A model generated the notes under the pieces. The model searched no databases. It was not told the DNA's origin and was given only the letters and a program-made list of their open reading frames with translations. From contig JBEBTY010000012.1 of NCBI GenBank assembly GCA_040393525.1, forward strand, positions 15,400-79,399: a stretch of 64,000 nucleotides of DNA, given 5' to 3'. Shown here piece after piece: positions 9,326 to 18,576 of the stretch (positions within the stretch are counted from its first letter, which is position 1; the number at the start of each line of letters is the position of its first letter). A program made the translations under genes and the position numbers. Source of the DNA: Victivallis vadensis. Lineage in GTDB: Bacteria > Verrucomicrobiota > Lentisphaeria > Victivallales > Victivallaceae.

Positions 9326-10396
9326 TCAGAATTTGACCGGCGCACCGGTGCGATTTGATTCATAGATCGCGTCGAGAAGACGCATGACGATCACGCCTTC
9401 TTCGGGTTGAACCAAGAATGGCGTGTTGTCGCGTACCGCTTCTGCGAAGAGGTGGAACGCATTGCTCACCTCCGGCGAGGAGTGAAGGCGACAGTCGAAC
9501 TGCTTGCCGTCAATATCCTCGTAAAGCTCCGCATCCCAGGTGTAACCTTCGTTCAGGTTCTGCTGATAGAGGCCACCTTTGTTGCCGAGGAGGCGGGTGG
9601 ACATCTGCTCGTTCTCTTTGATGTTGGATGCCCAGGAGGCGTCGAGTTCCAATGTGGCGCCGTTCTTGAATTTAATCATCGCGCAGGCGAAGTCTTCCAC
9701 CGTGTAATCCAACCCCCGCTTGGCGGCCATTTCGCCGGCCAGCGCGCAGTAAGTGCTGCCCATGACCCAAGCCGGTTCCGGGTAACCCATCAGCCAGAGC
9801 GCGAGGTCGAGTCGATGTACTCCGAGGTCGATCAACGGGCCGCCGCCGGACTGTTTCTTGTCAAAGAACCAGCTTCCCGCGCCGCCGCCTTTGGTGTTGA
9901 AACTGTTTGCGGCCAACCCCGGAACTCCGCGTCGACGCAGCCAGACGCTACGCGCATAATAGATGTTGCCGAGTTTGCCTGCGTCGACCAGATCCTTCAT
10001 CGCCCGCGATTGCGGATTGAAGCGGTAGCTGAAGTCGATACCGAGCTTGCGATTGAGTTTTTTCGCCACATCGAGCATCTCCTGCGCCTCGGCGGTATTC
10101 ATCGCCATCGGTTTTTCGCAGAGGACGTTCGCTCCGGCCTCCAGCCCGGCGATGGTCAGATCTTTGTGCTGATCGTTCGGGACCGCAACGGAGAGGATGT
10201 CCAGCTTCTCATTGCGGATCATATCGATACCTTCCGCATAGATCTTCGGAAGGTTGAACTCCTTTTGCGCCGCTTCGCGCTTGGATTGAATACGATCTGC
10301 GATTGCGACGACTTCAACGTCGGGGTGAGTCACATATCCGGCGAGGTGGCTGCGCCCCATTCCGAGGCCGATTACGCCGACTTTCAACTTGGCCAT
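9326..10396 (-). CDS. Gfo/Idh/MocA oxidoreductase
   Basis: KVGVIGLGMG, VLCEKPMA, GGGPLIDLGVH. Confidence 0.92.
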   Translation of the reverse strand: MAKLKVGVIGLGMGRSHLAGYVTHPDVEVVAIADRIQSKREAAQKEFNLPKIYAEGIDMIRNEKLDILSVAVPNDQHKDLTIAGLEAGANVLCEKPMAMNTAEAQEMLDVAKKLNRKLGIDFSYRFNPQSRAMKDLVDAGKLGNIYYARSVWLRRRGVPGLAANSFNTKGGGAGSWFFDKKQSGGGPLIDLGVHRLDLALWLMGYPEPAWVMGSTYCALAGEMAAKRGLDYTVEDFACAMIKFKNGATLELDASWASNIKENEQMSTRLLGNKGGLYQQNLNEGYTWDAELYEDIDGKQFDCRLHSSPEVSNAFHLFAEAVRDNTPFLVQPEEGVIVMRLLDAIYESNRTGAPVKF

Positions 10397-10414
10397 AGTC
10401 CTGATACTCCTGAA

Positions 10415-11197
10415 TTACTTGTTGCTGCCGTCGGCGTTCTGGTTCACTCCCGCTTTCGGGGCGCCCGGATCGACCGAACGGATTTCATCGAGCGCCGCTG
10501 TCTTTGGCGCGCTCATTTCGCGGAAAAATGCCGGCTTCGCCCAGCGGACGGCATTGCCGATCACTTTGAGGACGTTGGCGTCGTAGTAGTTACGGTACGA
10601 TTCATGACCAGGCTGGAAATAGAATACACGCCCATATCCGCGTTCGAGCGTGAAACCGCTACGGAAGACGTTGCCGCCCTCGAACCAGGAGATGAAGATG
10701 ATTTCCGCTTCGCGGGGGATGTCGAATCGTTCGCCGTACATTTCTTCGTGTGCGAGTTCAAAATATTCGCCGATTCCCTCGGTGATGGGATGGCGCGGAG
10801 CGATGTTCCAGAGGCGGCTTTTTTCGCCGGCTTCACGCCATTTCAGCGAACCGGAGCATCCGGTGACCGCCTTGAAGATTTTCGAGAAGTGCCCGGAGTG
10901 CAGTACGATGAGCCCCATCCCTTCGATGACGCGTTTGTGCACTTTGGCGACGATGTCGTCACGCACTTCGGAGTGGGCGCAGTGTCCCCACCAGATCAGC
11001 ACGTCGGTGGACTGAATGACATCGTCGGTCAGTCCGTGTTCCGGCTCGTCAAGGGAGGCGAGGCGAATGTTGAGGTCGTCTGCGGTGATGCCCTTCGCGA
11101 TCGCGGCGTGAAGCCCGTCCGGATAGATGGCCTTGATGCCTTCATTCTGCTTTTCGTGACGGAATTCGTTCCAAATTGTGACATTGATCTTACTCAT
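10415..11197 (-). CDS. ThuA (trehalose-utilisation) domain protein
   Basis: [50 protein letters not shown]. Confidence 0.9.
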   Translation of the reverse strand: MSKINVTIWNEFRHEKQNEGIKAIYPDGLHAAIAKGITADDLNIRLASLDEPEHGLTDDVIQSTDVLIWWGHCAHSEVRDDIVAKVHKRVIEGMGLIVLHSGHFSKIFKAVTGCSGSLKWREAGEKSRLWNIAPRHPITEGIGEYFELAHEEMYGERFDIPREAEIIFISWFEGGNVFRSGFTLERGYGRVFYFQPGHESYRNYYDANVLKVIGNAVRWAKPAFFREMSAPKTAALDEIRSVDPGAPKAGVNQNADGSNK

Positions 11198-11370
11198 TGG
11201 ATTCCCCCTTTTTCTGTTAATCGTTTCAGGTTTCGTTATTAAGTTAGCCGATTTAAAGAGAAAAACAAGTGCTTTGGTGATTGCATTTTGTGATTTTGAA
11301 AAACCTTTTGTGAGTTTCGCTTGAAAAACGAATCAAAGCGGTTACCTTTCTTACGGAACAGGAGGGTGAA

Positions 11371-12240
11371 ATGAGTAATTGGGCAAAGGTTCGCAAGTGG
11401 CAGGTTCAATTTGAAGTGCATCGCCCGTTTGCGTCGCTGCCGGTTCCTGATCTCATCGTGGAGGAGGTTCAAACCGGTCCGGAATATCGATGTGACGGAA
11501 GATTGCGCGGCGATTCCGGCGGACAGTTATCCATCACGCTGGGCGGTCGCGGGGCGATCCGCATCGGGGAAACGGATTTCCCTTTGGCGCCGGGGAGGGC
11601 GTTTTTGCACAATCACGGTGATCCGGAGGTCTGCTATTATTATCCGGCGGACGGCCGTGGAGAGTGGAATTTTCTCTGGATGGCGTTTGACGGTGAATCT
11701 TCGGAGTCGCTGATTGCGGAAATCAACGGCAAGTACGGGTATCTTTTTGATGTTCCGCTGAATTCGCCGCTGGTGGCGAAACTGATGGCGTTTAAAAATT
11801 ACCGGAACGAGATTCAGGTGCTCTCCCCGTTGGAAGCGGGAACGTTGGCGCTGGAGGCGATCGGTATGCTTTGTTCGTCAAAAGAGAGTGCGTTGCGGGA
11901 GTCGCCGCGAAGCTCCCTGATTCGCGACGTCCAGATTGTCATCGCTTCCGAAACGGCCGAGCGATTGGATGTGGATTCTCTGGCGAAGCGATTCCGGATT
12001 TCCCGGGAACATCTTTCGCGCACCTTCCGGGAGCAAACCGGAAGTACGCTGCATGATTACATCACCCGTGTCCGGTTGCGGATGGCGATCGATTTGCTGT
12101 TGCAGACACGGTTGACCGCCAAGGAAATAGCGGCTCGTTGCGGATATGCTGAATATTCGGTTTTCTACCGAACGTTTCGCAAGCGGCTCGGCGCTTCGCC
12201 GGAAGTATTGCGGGAGAATGGATTTCGTCCTGATATCTAG
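11371..12240 (+). CDS. AraC-family transcriptional regulator
   Basis: N-terminal cupin; C-terminal SREHLSRTF...EIAARCGYAEYSVFYRTFRK. Confidence 0.9.
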   Translation: MSNWAKVRKWQVQFEVHRPFASLPVPDLIVEEVQTGPEYRCDGRLRGDSGGQLSITLGGRGAIRIGETDFPLAPGRAFLHNHGDPEVCYYYPADGRGEWNFLWMAFDGESSESLIAEINGKYGYLFDVPLNSPLVAKLMAFKNYRNEIQVLSPLEAGTLALEAIGMLCSSKESALRESPRSSLIRDVQIVIASETAERLDVDSLAKRFRISREHLSRTFREQTGSTLHDYITRVRLRMAIDLLLQTRLTAKEIAARCGYAEYSVFYRTFRKRLGASPEVLRENGFRPDI

Positions 12241-12551
12241 AGCCATTCCCGCAGGAGCATGAGAAGAGCGCAAAACATCAAGTTCAGCAGCAGAATGAGC
12301 CAGCCGAGGCGATTGATGCTTGCCGCCTTTTTGGGAAATCGGCGTCGCCAGCTGCAAGAGAGTACGGTTGCCAGTATGGAAACGGTCAAGCCGGCGAATG
12401 GGATCGGGAGCGTGATCCAGAAAAGCAGTTTCCAGCCGAAACCAAGTCGATCCCGATCCCGCGGCGGATGTGGAGCCGGTGGCTTGGGAGCGAAAGGATC
12501 GATGCGGTATTCATCCGCTTGATAGGTTTCTTTTGTACTCGATGGTTTCAT
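12237..12551 (-). CDS. Hypothetical two-TM membrane protein
   Basis: 104-aa ORF with two hydrophobic segments; its stop overlaps the AraC stop. Confidence 0.5.
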   Translation of the reverse strand: MKPSSTKETYQADEYRIDPFAPKPPAPHPPRDRDRLGFGWKLLFWITLPIPFAGLTVSILATVLSCSWRRRFPKKAASINRLGWLILLLNLMFCALLMLLREWL

Positions 12552-12597
12552 GTTTGTAGAATATAGAGCCGGGATGCAGAAAAAGCAACCGCAATAG

Positions 12598-12635
12598 AAA
12601 AAACCGTCCGACCCGGATTCGGGGCGGACGGTTTT
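12598..12635 (-). terminator. Intrinsic terminator
   Basis: AAAAAACCGTCCG...CGGACGGTTTT hairpin. Confidence 0.7.
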
Positions 12636-12649
12636 GGGGTGATTGACGA

Positions 12650-14353
12650 TCAGCGGACTTCAAAGCTGAAGACACGAATCGGAGCGTCGCTCCATCCTTC
12701 TTCGAGGACGAGGCGGATTTCGGAGCAGGATACCGGTTCCCAATTGAGAATCGCCAGGCGGCGATGATTGTCGGTAACCGTCGCAAGGATGCGGGTTTTG
12801 CCGTCGACCGTCGCTTCGATGCGGAAGTTCTTCGGGAGCTGCGCCGGCATCGGGCGGAGCGCGGTATGATCTTCCGTATTGAGCTGTTTCTTGAGATCGG
12901 CCAGATTGCTGTCGAAAACCAGACGTGCGCCGCTCACTTTCTCCAGAGTGGAAAACTGATAGGCTGTGCTGGAACCGGCGGCGAATTCGACCGCCTGCTT
13001 GCCGTCGTCCCAGTCGCGGTCGCGACCGTTGCGAAGAAGTTCGTGTTCGATTTTGCCCTTCAGAGCCAGCGGCGATACACGACGCGGAATGTTCGGCAGG
13101 AACTGATCCTGATCAAGCAGGGTCTGCTGGAGCTCATCCAAATGGCGCTCGTAGATTCCGCGCGGCAATTCGTTGTATCTGGTCGCCAGCGCGGCGGCGG
13201 TTCCGATTGCCTGACCGAGCATTGACGTTGTCCCCATGACACGGGTGGAACTCAGCGCCATGTGCGTGGTCGAGATGTTGCGCCCCGCGAAGAACAAGTT
13301 GTCGATGTTGGTCGAGTAGAGCGAACGGTAGGGAATGCCGAACGGCGAAGGAGCCGGGTGGAAAATCGTCGGCGCCCCCGGATAATAGATCGCTTCGGGG
13401 TGATGATCGTCCATCGTCCAGCCGCCAAAGGCGACGGTGTCTGCAAATTTGCCTTCGGCTTCGACTTCCTTCTGGCAGAGGATATGGTCGCCGACGTAAC
13501 GGATGTTTTCCCGCTTGCCGGGGAGGCTGCCGATCCAGTCCAATTCCCAGTTGTGGCCGCGGCCGTTGGGATGGTTTTTGATGTATTCCCAGCATCCGTA
13601 GGCGATTTTGTAGAGTTCGTCGCGAATCTCGTCGCCATTGGAGATGGTGTCCATCATACCGCCGAACTCCATCCACCAGAAGTTGTTGCCTTCCGGCTCA
13701 AAGTTGCGTTTCGGGAGTGTTTCCTCGGTGTAATGATAGGCCCATTCGGGGGCGCGGAACGGGATGTGGCGGTCGGTTTTGCGGAGTTGGATCAAAATGG
13801 AGTTGCCCATCGTCTTCGCATCCGCCGTTTCCGGCGCGTACGGTTCGTCAAATTCGGCGCGCGCCTCGCGGCCGGAGCGGAATTGGGCACCGGAGAGGCG
13901 GAGAATGCTGTCGCCCGAACAGTCGGCGAAGAGTTTGCCTTCTACTTTATAGCGGCAGTATTCCACCAGGTTCCAGCCGGTGACGGAGGTGATTTTACCG
14001 TTCGTGACTTCGACTTTCTCCACCGTGGTGTTGAGAAGGATGGTCAGGTTTTTCTCGTGCTTAGCGAAGCCGTACATGACATCATCCCAGATGGTATATT
14101 TCATCGTGGGGTTGTAATAGTAGTTGGCGAGCTGAAGTTCCTCCAGGAGGCCGGCTTCTTTGCGGTTATCGCCGTGAGCGCCGCAGATCCACATGCGGAT
14201 TTCGCTCGAGGCGTTGCCGCCGAACATGGGACGATCCTGAATGATGATGGTTTTCGCTCCGTTCCGCGCCGCGGCGACCGCCGCGCAGAGGCCCGCGATT
14301 CCGCCGCCGACCACGATGAAGTCAGCCGAAAGATTGCGTCGGGTGATGGTCAT
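12650..14353 (-). CDS. FAD-dependent oxidoreductase
   Basis: DFIVVGGGIAGLCAAVAAAR, GGNASSE, DCSGD, GGWTMDDHHP, FFAGRNIS, SSTRVMGT. Start placed at MTITRR. Confidence 0.88.
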   Translation of the reverse strand: MTITRRNLSADFIVVGGGIAGLCAAVAAARNGAKTIIIQDRPMFGGNASSEIRMWICGAHGDNRKEAGLLEELQLANYYYNPTMKYTIWDDVMYGFAKHEKNLTILLNTTVEKVEVTNGKITSVTGWNLVEYCRYKVEGKLFADCSGDSILRLSGAQFRSGREARAEFDEPYAPETADAKTMGNSILIQLRKTDRHIPFRAPEWAYHYTEETLPKRNFEPEGNNFWWMEFGGMMDTISNGDEIRDELYKIAYGCWEYIKNHPNGRGHNWELDWIGSLPGKRENIRYVGDHILCQKEVEAEGKFADTVAFGGWTMDDHHPEAIYYPGAPTIFHPAPSPFGIPYRSLYSTNIDNLFFAGRNISTTHMALSSTRVMGTTSMLGQAIGTAAALATRYNELPRGIYERHLDELQQTLLDQDQFLPNIPRRVSPLALKGKIEHELLRNGRDRDWDDGKQAVEFAAGSSTAYQFSTLEKVSGARLVFDSNLADLKKQLNTEDHTALRPMPAQLPKNFRIEATVDGKTRILATVTDNHRRLAILNWEPVSCSEIRLVLEEGWSDAPIRVFSFEVR

Positions 14354-14573
14354 AACGATTTCCTTTCCCAAGAGATTGCTCACATGCGAATTGCTTCTTA
14401 TTAGAGTATAGCGGATTTTATTTGGAAAGCAAGAATGGAATTTATAATTGCGGGATTAAAAGTTTTAAATATCACAATGTAAAAATTAAGGTGGAAGATC
14501 TCGATGTTACTTGTATTGTAAGAAAGCGGCGTTATTTTAGTTTTAAAGTCGCCTTCTCAAGTAACCGAGAGCT

Positions 14574-15302
14574 GTGATGAAGAATAAACTGTTGGAAAAA
14601 ACATTTCAGGTGCTGGAAACCGTCGCAGCGTCGCCGGAACCGGTATCGCTCAAGGAGCTGAATGAACGGCTCGATATCAACACCAGTACCCTTTCTCGGA
14701 TCGCTTCGGATCTGGTGGAGGCGGGGTATTTGATCAAGTCCGGCTACCGTCACTTTGAGCCGGCGCTCGGTTTGATCCGGATCGGACAGAACGCGGTGCA
14801 CAGCTCCCATCTGCCGCGCACAATCAATCCGCTGGTACGCCGCAGGGTTGAGGAGCTTGGTGTTGACGGTGCGTTTGCCGGAATCGAGCGGGGGCAGGTG
14901 GTATATCTGTATCGGAGCGATGCGTTCTCTTCGGAACGGAGCCTTGGGCTGCCGCATCGGGTTCCCCTTTATCGCTCGAACATCGCAATTGCGATTCTGG
15001 CGAAACGCCTGCCGCTGGAAGAGGCCAAAGCGTGTCTGCTCCACGATATCCGTGCGCGAAAGAGCGATGAGGCAGAACTGGACGAGATTGTTCCGCTTCT
15101 GGAGCATGTCGCCCGCAACGGCTATCTCTTCCGGCACGAGCAGCGGGGACGGTGGAACATCACGTTTCCGGTGGAATACAACGAAATGTTTTATGGGCTT
15201 GCCTTTTATGGCGATCGCGCTGGAGAGCGGAACTTCGACCGGTTGCTGTTCGAGTGCTCGCTTCTCGCCTCCCGCATCCACTCCGTACTGACGCTCCAGT
15301 AG
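14574..15302 (+). CDS. IclR-family transcriptional regulator
   Basis: LEKTFQVLETVA...STLSRIASDLVEAGYL HTH plus an IclR-like effector domain. Confidence 0.85.
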   Translation: MMKNKLLEKTFQVLETVAASPEPVSLKELNERLDINTSTLSRIASDLVEAGYLIKSGYRHFEPALGLIRIGQNAVHSSHLPRTINPLVRRRVEELGVDGAFAGIERGQVVYLYRSDAFSSERSLGLPHRVPLYRSNIAIAILAKRLPLEEAKACLLHDIRARKSDEAELDEIVPLLEHVARNGYLFRHEQRGRWNITFPVEYNEMFYGLAFYGDRAGERNFDRLLFECSLLASRIHSVLTLQ

Positions 15303-15342
15303 AGTGAGCTGTGCTTTTCTGAAAATTTCTTTCCGGATATGA

Positions 15343-15371
15343 TTGACAAAACGTTTTGATTGTGTCATAAT
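15343..15371 (+). promoter_or_regulatory. Sigma70 promoter with an internal LacI-type palindrome
   Basis: TTGACA-17-CATAAT; CAAAACGTTTTG palindrome at 15347-15358. Confidence 0.65.
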
Positions 15372-15434
15372 ATCATTTATATTACAGAGAAATTGACTTT
15401 CAACGAACAAAACGAACCAACAGGAAATGATCGA

Positions 15435-18400
15435 ATGACGAAATCAACTCTCCGGCTGCTTGGCGCGGCTCTCTGCTTTCTGCTGTTTTTGACGGGCTGG
15501 CTCAATGCCGCTCCGCTGATGGATTTCGGCACGCTGAAACCTACCGGAGTTTCGCTGCATACGCCGGAGAAGCGGAAGCAGTCCGCGGAAAGCGTAGTGC
15601 TGGACGGCTGGAATGCGCTTCAGGTCAACTGGGATTGTTCAAATTCCAATTATTTCGAGTTCAGTATTCATCGTGCGGCGCAGTTGCCGGACTTTCTGAC
15701 GGCGAAGATTCGCATTCAGGCTTATATTCCGGCAAACGTCAGCGCCAGAAATCTCAATCTCCGCCTGACGGATAAAGATGGTGAGATTTTTCAGTTCGGC
15801 AAGCCGCTTCCCACCGGGAAAACCGGGTGGCAGGAGCTTGTTTATGAAATCAATGCCCGGACTCCGAAAGCCGGTATCTGGGGCGCTGGCGACAAAGCTA
15901 ACAAGGCGATCGATCTCCCCGTGAGGCTCTCTGGTGTCGCCGCTGATTTCAACCGCAAAGAAGGCAGCGGGTTCCTCGCGTTCGGCGCTGTTGAATTTGA
16001 CGTTTTAACCTCGGATCTGCCGCTTCAACCGGCGTTGGAAACCGGCAGCCCGGTTCACGTCCTGACGCCGGAGTGGGAAGGGGATTTCGGTGTTGTCATC
16101 GATAACAATCGCGCGTTCCCGGTGCAGGGGGAGCTGAAGATCCGGGTGCGTGACGCATTCGGAACGCAAATGGAGTCGAACGTGCTGAAGGTTTCATTGG
16201 CAGCCGGAGAGCGGCATGTGTTCCCGATTGAGAAGCCGTCGCGTTTCGGTGTTTACTATGTGGAAACGGATTATCGGGAGAGCAATCCGGAAATCAAGCC
16301 GTTTGAAAAAGAGTTCCGTTTCAGCTACATGCAGCCTGCCGGGCCGACGCCCGGGATGGCGAAGGGGTTTCTTTTCGGCGTCTGCTCGCATCCCGGCGGT
16401 TCTCCAGTTGAAACCCAAAAACTTGAGGCGCTTGCCGCCGCGCTTTGCGGGATCAAGATCATGCGTACTGATATCTACTGGGAGCGCATTCAGCCGACTC
16501 CGGAGGATAAATGGAACTTCAGCCATTACGATACCGTCGTCAATACGTTCGGAGAACAGAACATCGAAGTGCAGGCGATCTATTGCTATGTGCCGCAATG
16601 GGCAAAGGCGAAAGATTGGAAGCCGTTTACCGATAAATTCAACGGAAAACCCCGCCCCGAGTATGAAGCATGGCGCAAATTTATTCAGAAGTGGGCCGAG
16701 CACTATCGCGGTAAGGTTCGTTATGTGGAAGTCTGGAACGAGCCGGATCATTTCGGTTTTGCCAACTTCTCCGTCGACGAATACATCGAGATGATGAAGA
16801 TCGCCTATAGCGAAACCAAGAAGATCGATTCGGATATGATTGTCCTCACCGGCGGTTACACCTGTTATCCGGCGGATTTTGGCAAGATTTCCTATACTCA
16901 TATGCCGCGGACGCTGGTAGAGGGCAAGGGGTATTACAATATTCATGCGTTCCATGGGCATGGAACGTTCCGCAACTACCGGAATCAGATCGAGAAATTG
17001 ATCAAATTGCGCGCCGAACTCGGCGTCACGGAGCCGTGGTACGCCAACGAAACCGCGATCTCCTCCATCCACATCGGCGAAATGGAGCAGGCGATTACAC
17101 TGTACCAGAAATTTCTGTACAGCTGGGCACGCGGCGCGATGGGGTACAACTGGTACGACCTCCGCAATGATGGATTCAACCCCAAAGAGAACGAGCATAA
17201 CTTCGGCTTGATTACCCGGGATTTTTATCCGAAGGCCGCCTACGGAGTTTACAATATGCTCGCGCGTCAATTCAGTGAGGGCGAGTATCTTTCGGACGCG
17301 AATTTCGGTTCTGCCATGACCGGTTATTTTTTCCGCAACGCCTCGGGCGACTTGCTGATTCCCCACTGGAGTGAAGTACAGAACAAGCGCCCGCGAACGG
17401 TGATGATTTCCGGCGTGACCGGCACCGTGACCCGTGTCGATCTTTTCGGAAACGAAGAAGTGCTGAAAAGCGAAAACGGCACTTTGGTGCTCGACGTCAA
17501 CACGGTTCCCGCTACGCTGCGGATCGCCGGGCAATCGGCGCTGCCGAAAATCGAGGGCGAATTCATTCGCCAGACGGAAGATTTCGTCTTCCGCCCCGGC
17601 CAGCGGAAGGAGTATCAACTTGAACTGATCAATCCGACCGCCAAGCGGATCACCTATCAACTCGCGTTCACGCTCCCGGAAGGGCTGAAACTTCGCAATG
17701 CTCCTGTCAAGGTGGTTGCCGACCCCGGGAAAACCACGAAGCTCGCGCTGACGTTCGACGTCGCCGACAACTTCCGTTCCTTCAGCGGTATGATGAAGGA
17801 GGTCAAACTGACGCTCACTGCCGGTGGACTTTGGACGGGAGAGATCAACTATCCTGTGCACAGCATCGCCGTTCTCGGCAGACAGTTGAGCGAACGTCCT
17901 GATTTCGTGCTGAACCTCGCATCACAGACTGCATTTCTGGCAACGAACGACCCGAGCAGCGCGCATCTTTTCTGGAAGGGGCCGGAAGACCTGAGCGCCG
18001 AAGTGCGCCTGGGATACGACAAAGAAAATCTGCTGGTGAAAATCGATGTGAAAGACGATATTCATCATCAACCGTATACTGGCGCCGCGGTCTGGATGGG
18101 GGACAACATCCAGATGGCGTTCAAGCTGCCGAAGCAGAATTCGATGTGGGAGATCGGGTTGACCCGCCTTGCCGACGGCAAGCCGGAAGTGTATCTCTGG
18201 ATCGCCCCCGAAAAGACTGACGCCAAGAAAGTGACCGAGTCGATCAAACTGGAAACCACGCGTAACGATAATTTGAAAGTCACCACATATTTTGTGCGAA
18301 TTCCGTTTCACGCAATCGGCTTGAATGAGAAGATCCGTCAGGAGGGCTTCCGGTTCAATCTACTGGTGAACGACAACGACGGGGAGATCCGGGAGACCTA

Positions 18401-18473
18401 TATCGCCATCGCGCCGGGAATCGGTGACAGCAAATCTCCGGAATTGTATCCGGTGGTTCTATTCGATAAATAG
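15435..18473 (+). CDS. Secreted clan GH-A glycoside hydrolase (GH39-like) with C-terminal CBM9-like domain
   Basis: Signal peptide MTKSTLRLLGAALCFLL; VEVWNEPD (acid/base), WYANETAI (nucleophile), YNWYDLRNDG; C-terminal DLSAEVRLGYDKENL...WMGDNIQMAF. Confidence 0.75.
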   Translation: MTKSTLRLLGAALCFLLFLTGWLNAAPLMDFGTLKPTGVSLHTPEKRKQSAESVVLDGWNALQVNWDCSNSNYFEFSIHRAAQLPDFLTAKIRIQAYIPANVSARNLNLRLTDKDGEIFQFGKPLPTGKTGWQELVYEINARTPKAGIWGAGDKANKAIDLPVRLSGVAADFNRKEGSGFLAFGAVEFDVLTSDLPLQPALETGSPVHVLTPEWEGDFGVVIDNNRAFPVQGELKIRVRDAFGTQMESNVLKVSLAAGERHVFPIEKPSRFGVYYVETDYRESNPEIKPFEKEFRFSYMQPAGPTPGMAKGFLFGVCSHPGGSPVETQKLEALAAALCGIKIMRTDIYWERIQPTPEDKWNFSHYDTVVNTFGEQNIEVQAIYCYVPQWAKAKDWKPFTDKFNGKPRPEYEAWRKFIQKWAEHYRGKVRYVEVWNEPDHFGFANFSVDEYIEMMKIAYSETKKIDSDMIVLTGGYTCYPADFGKISYTHMPRTLVEGKGYYNIHAFHGHGTFRNYRNQIEKLIKLRAELGVTEPWYANETAISSIHIGEMEQAITLYQKFLYSWARGAMGYNWYDLRNDGFNPKENEHNFGLITRDFYPKAAYGVYNMLARQFSEGEYLSDANFGSAMTGYFFRNASGDLLIPHWSEVQNKRPRTVMISGVTGTVTRVDLFGNEEVLKSENGTLVLDVNTVPATLRIAGQSALPKIEGEFIRQTEDFVFRPGQRKEYQLELINPTAKRITYQLAFTLPEGLKLRNAPVKVVADPGKTTKLALTFDVADNFRSFSGMMKEVKLTLTAGGLWTGEINYPVHSIAVLGRQLSERPDFVLNLASQTAFLATNDPSSAHLFWKGPEDLSAEVRLGYDKENLLVKIDVKDDIHHQPYTGAAVWMGDNIQMAFKLPKQNSMWEIGLTRLADGKPEVYLWIAPEKTDAKKVTESIKLETTRNDNLKVTTYFVRIPFHAIGLNEKIRQEGFRFNLLVNDNDGEIRETYIAIAPGIGDSKSPELYPVVLFDK

Positions 18474-18491
18474 TGCATCTCTACTCGTCTG

Positions 18492-18532
18492 GCGCGGGAG
18501 ACCGGGGAGAAACGGCTCCCGCGCATTTTTTT
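18492..18532 (+). terminator. Intrinsic terminator-like hairpin within the GH pair
   Basis: GCGCGGGAG...CTCCCGCGC followed by a T7 tract. Confidence 0.7.
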
Positions 18533-18576
18533 GTTATTCTAATCCATACTCATACTGAAATCAAAAGGAAACGTCG

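Noticed and set aside
9407-11242. 611-aa plus-strand ORF
   Set aside because: Antisense to the oxidoreductase and ThuA genes; typical GC-rich shadow frame.
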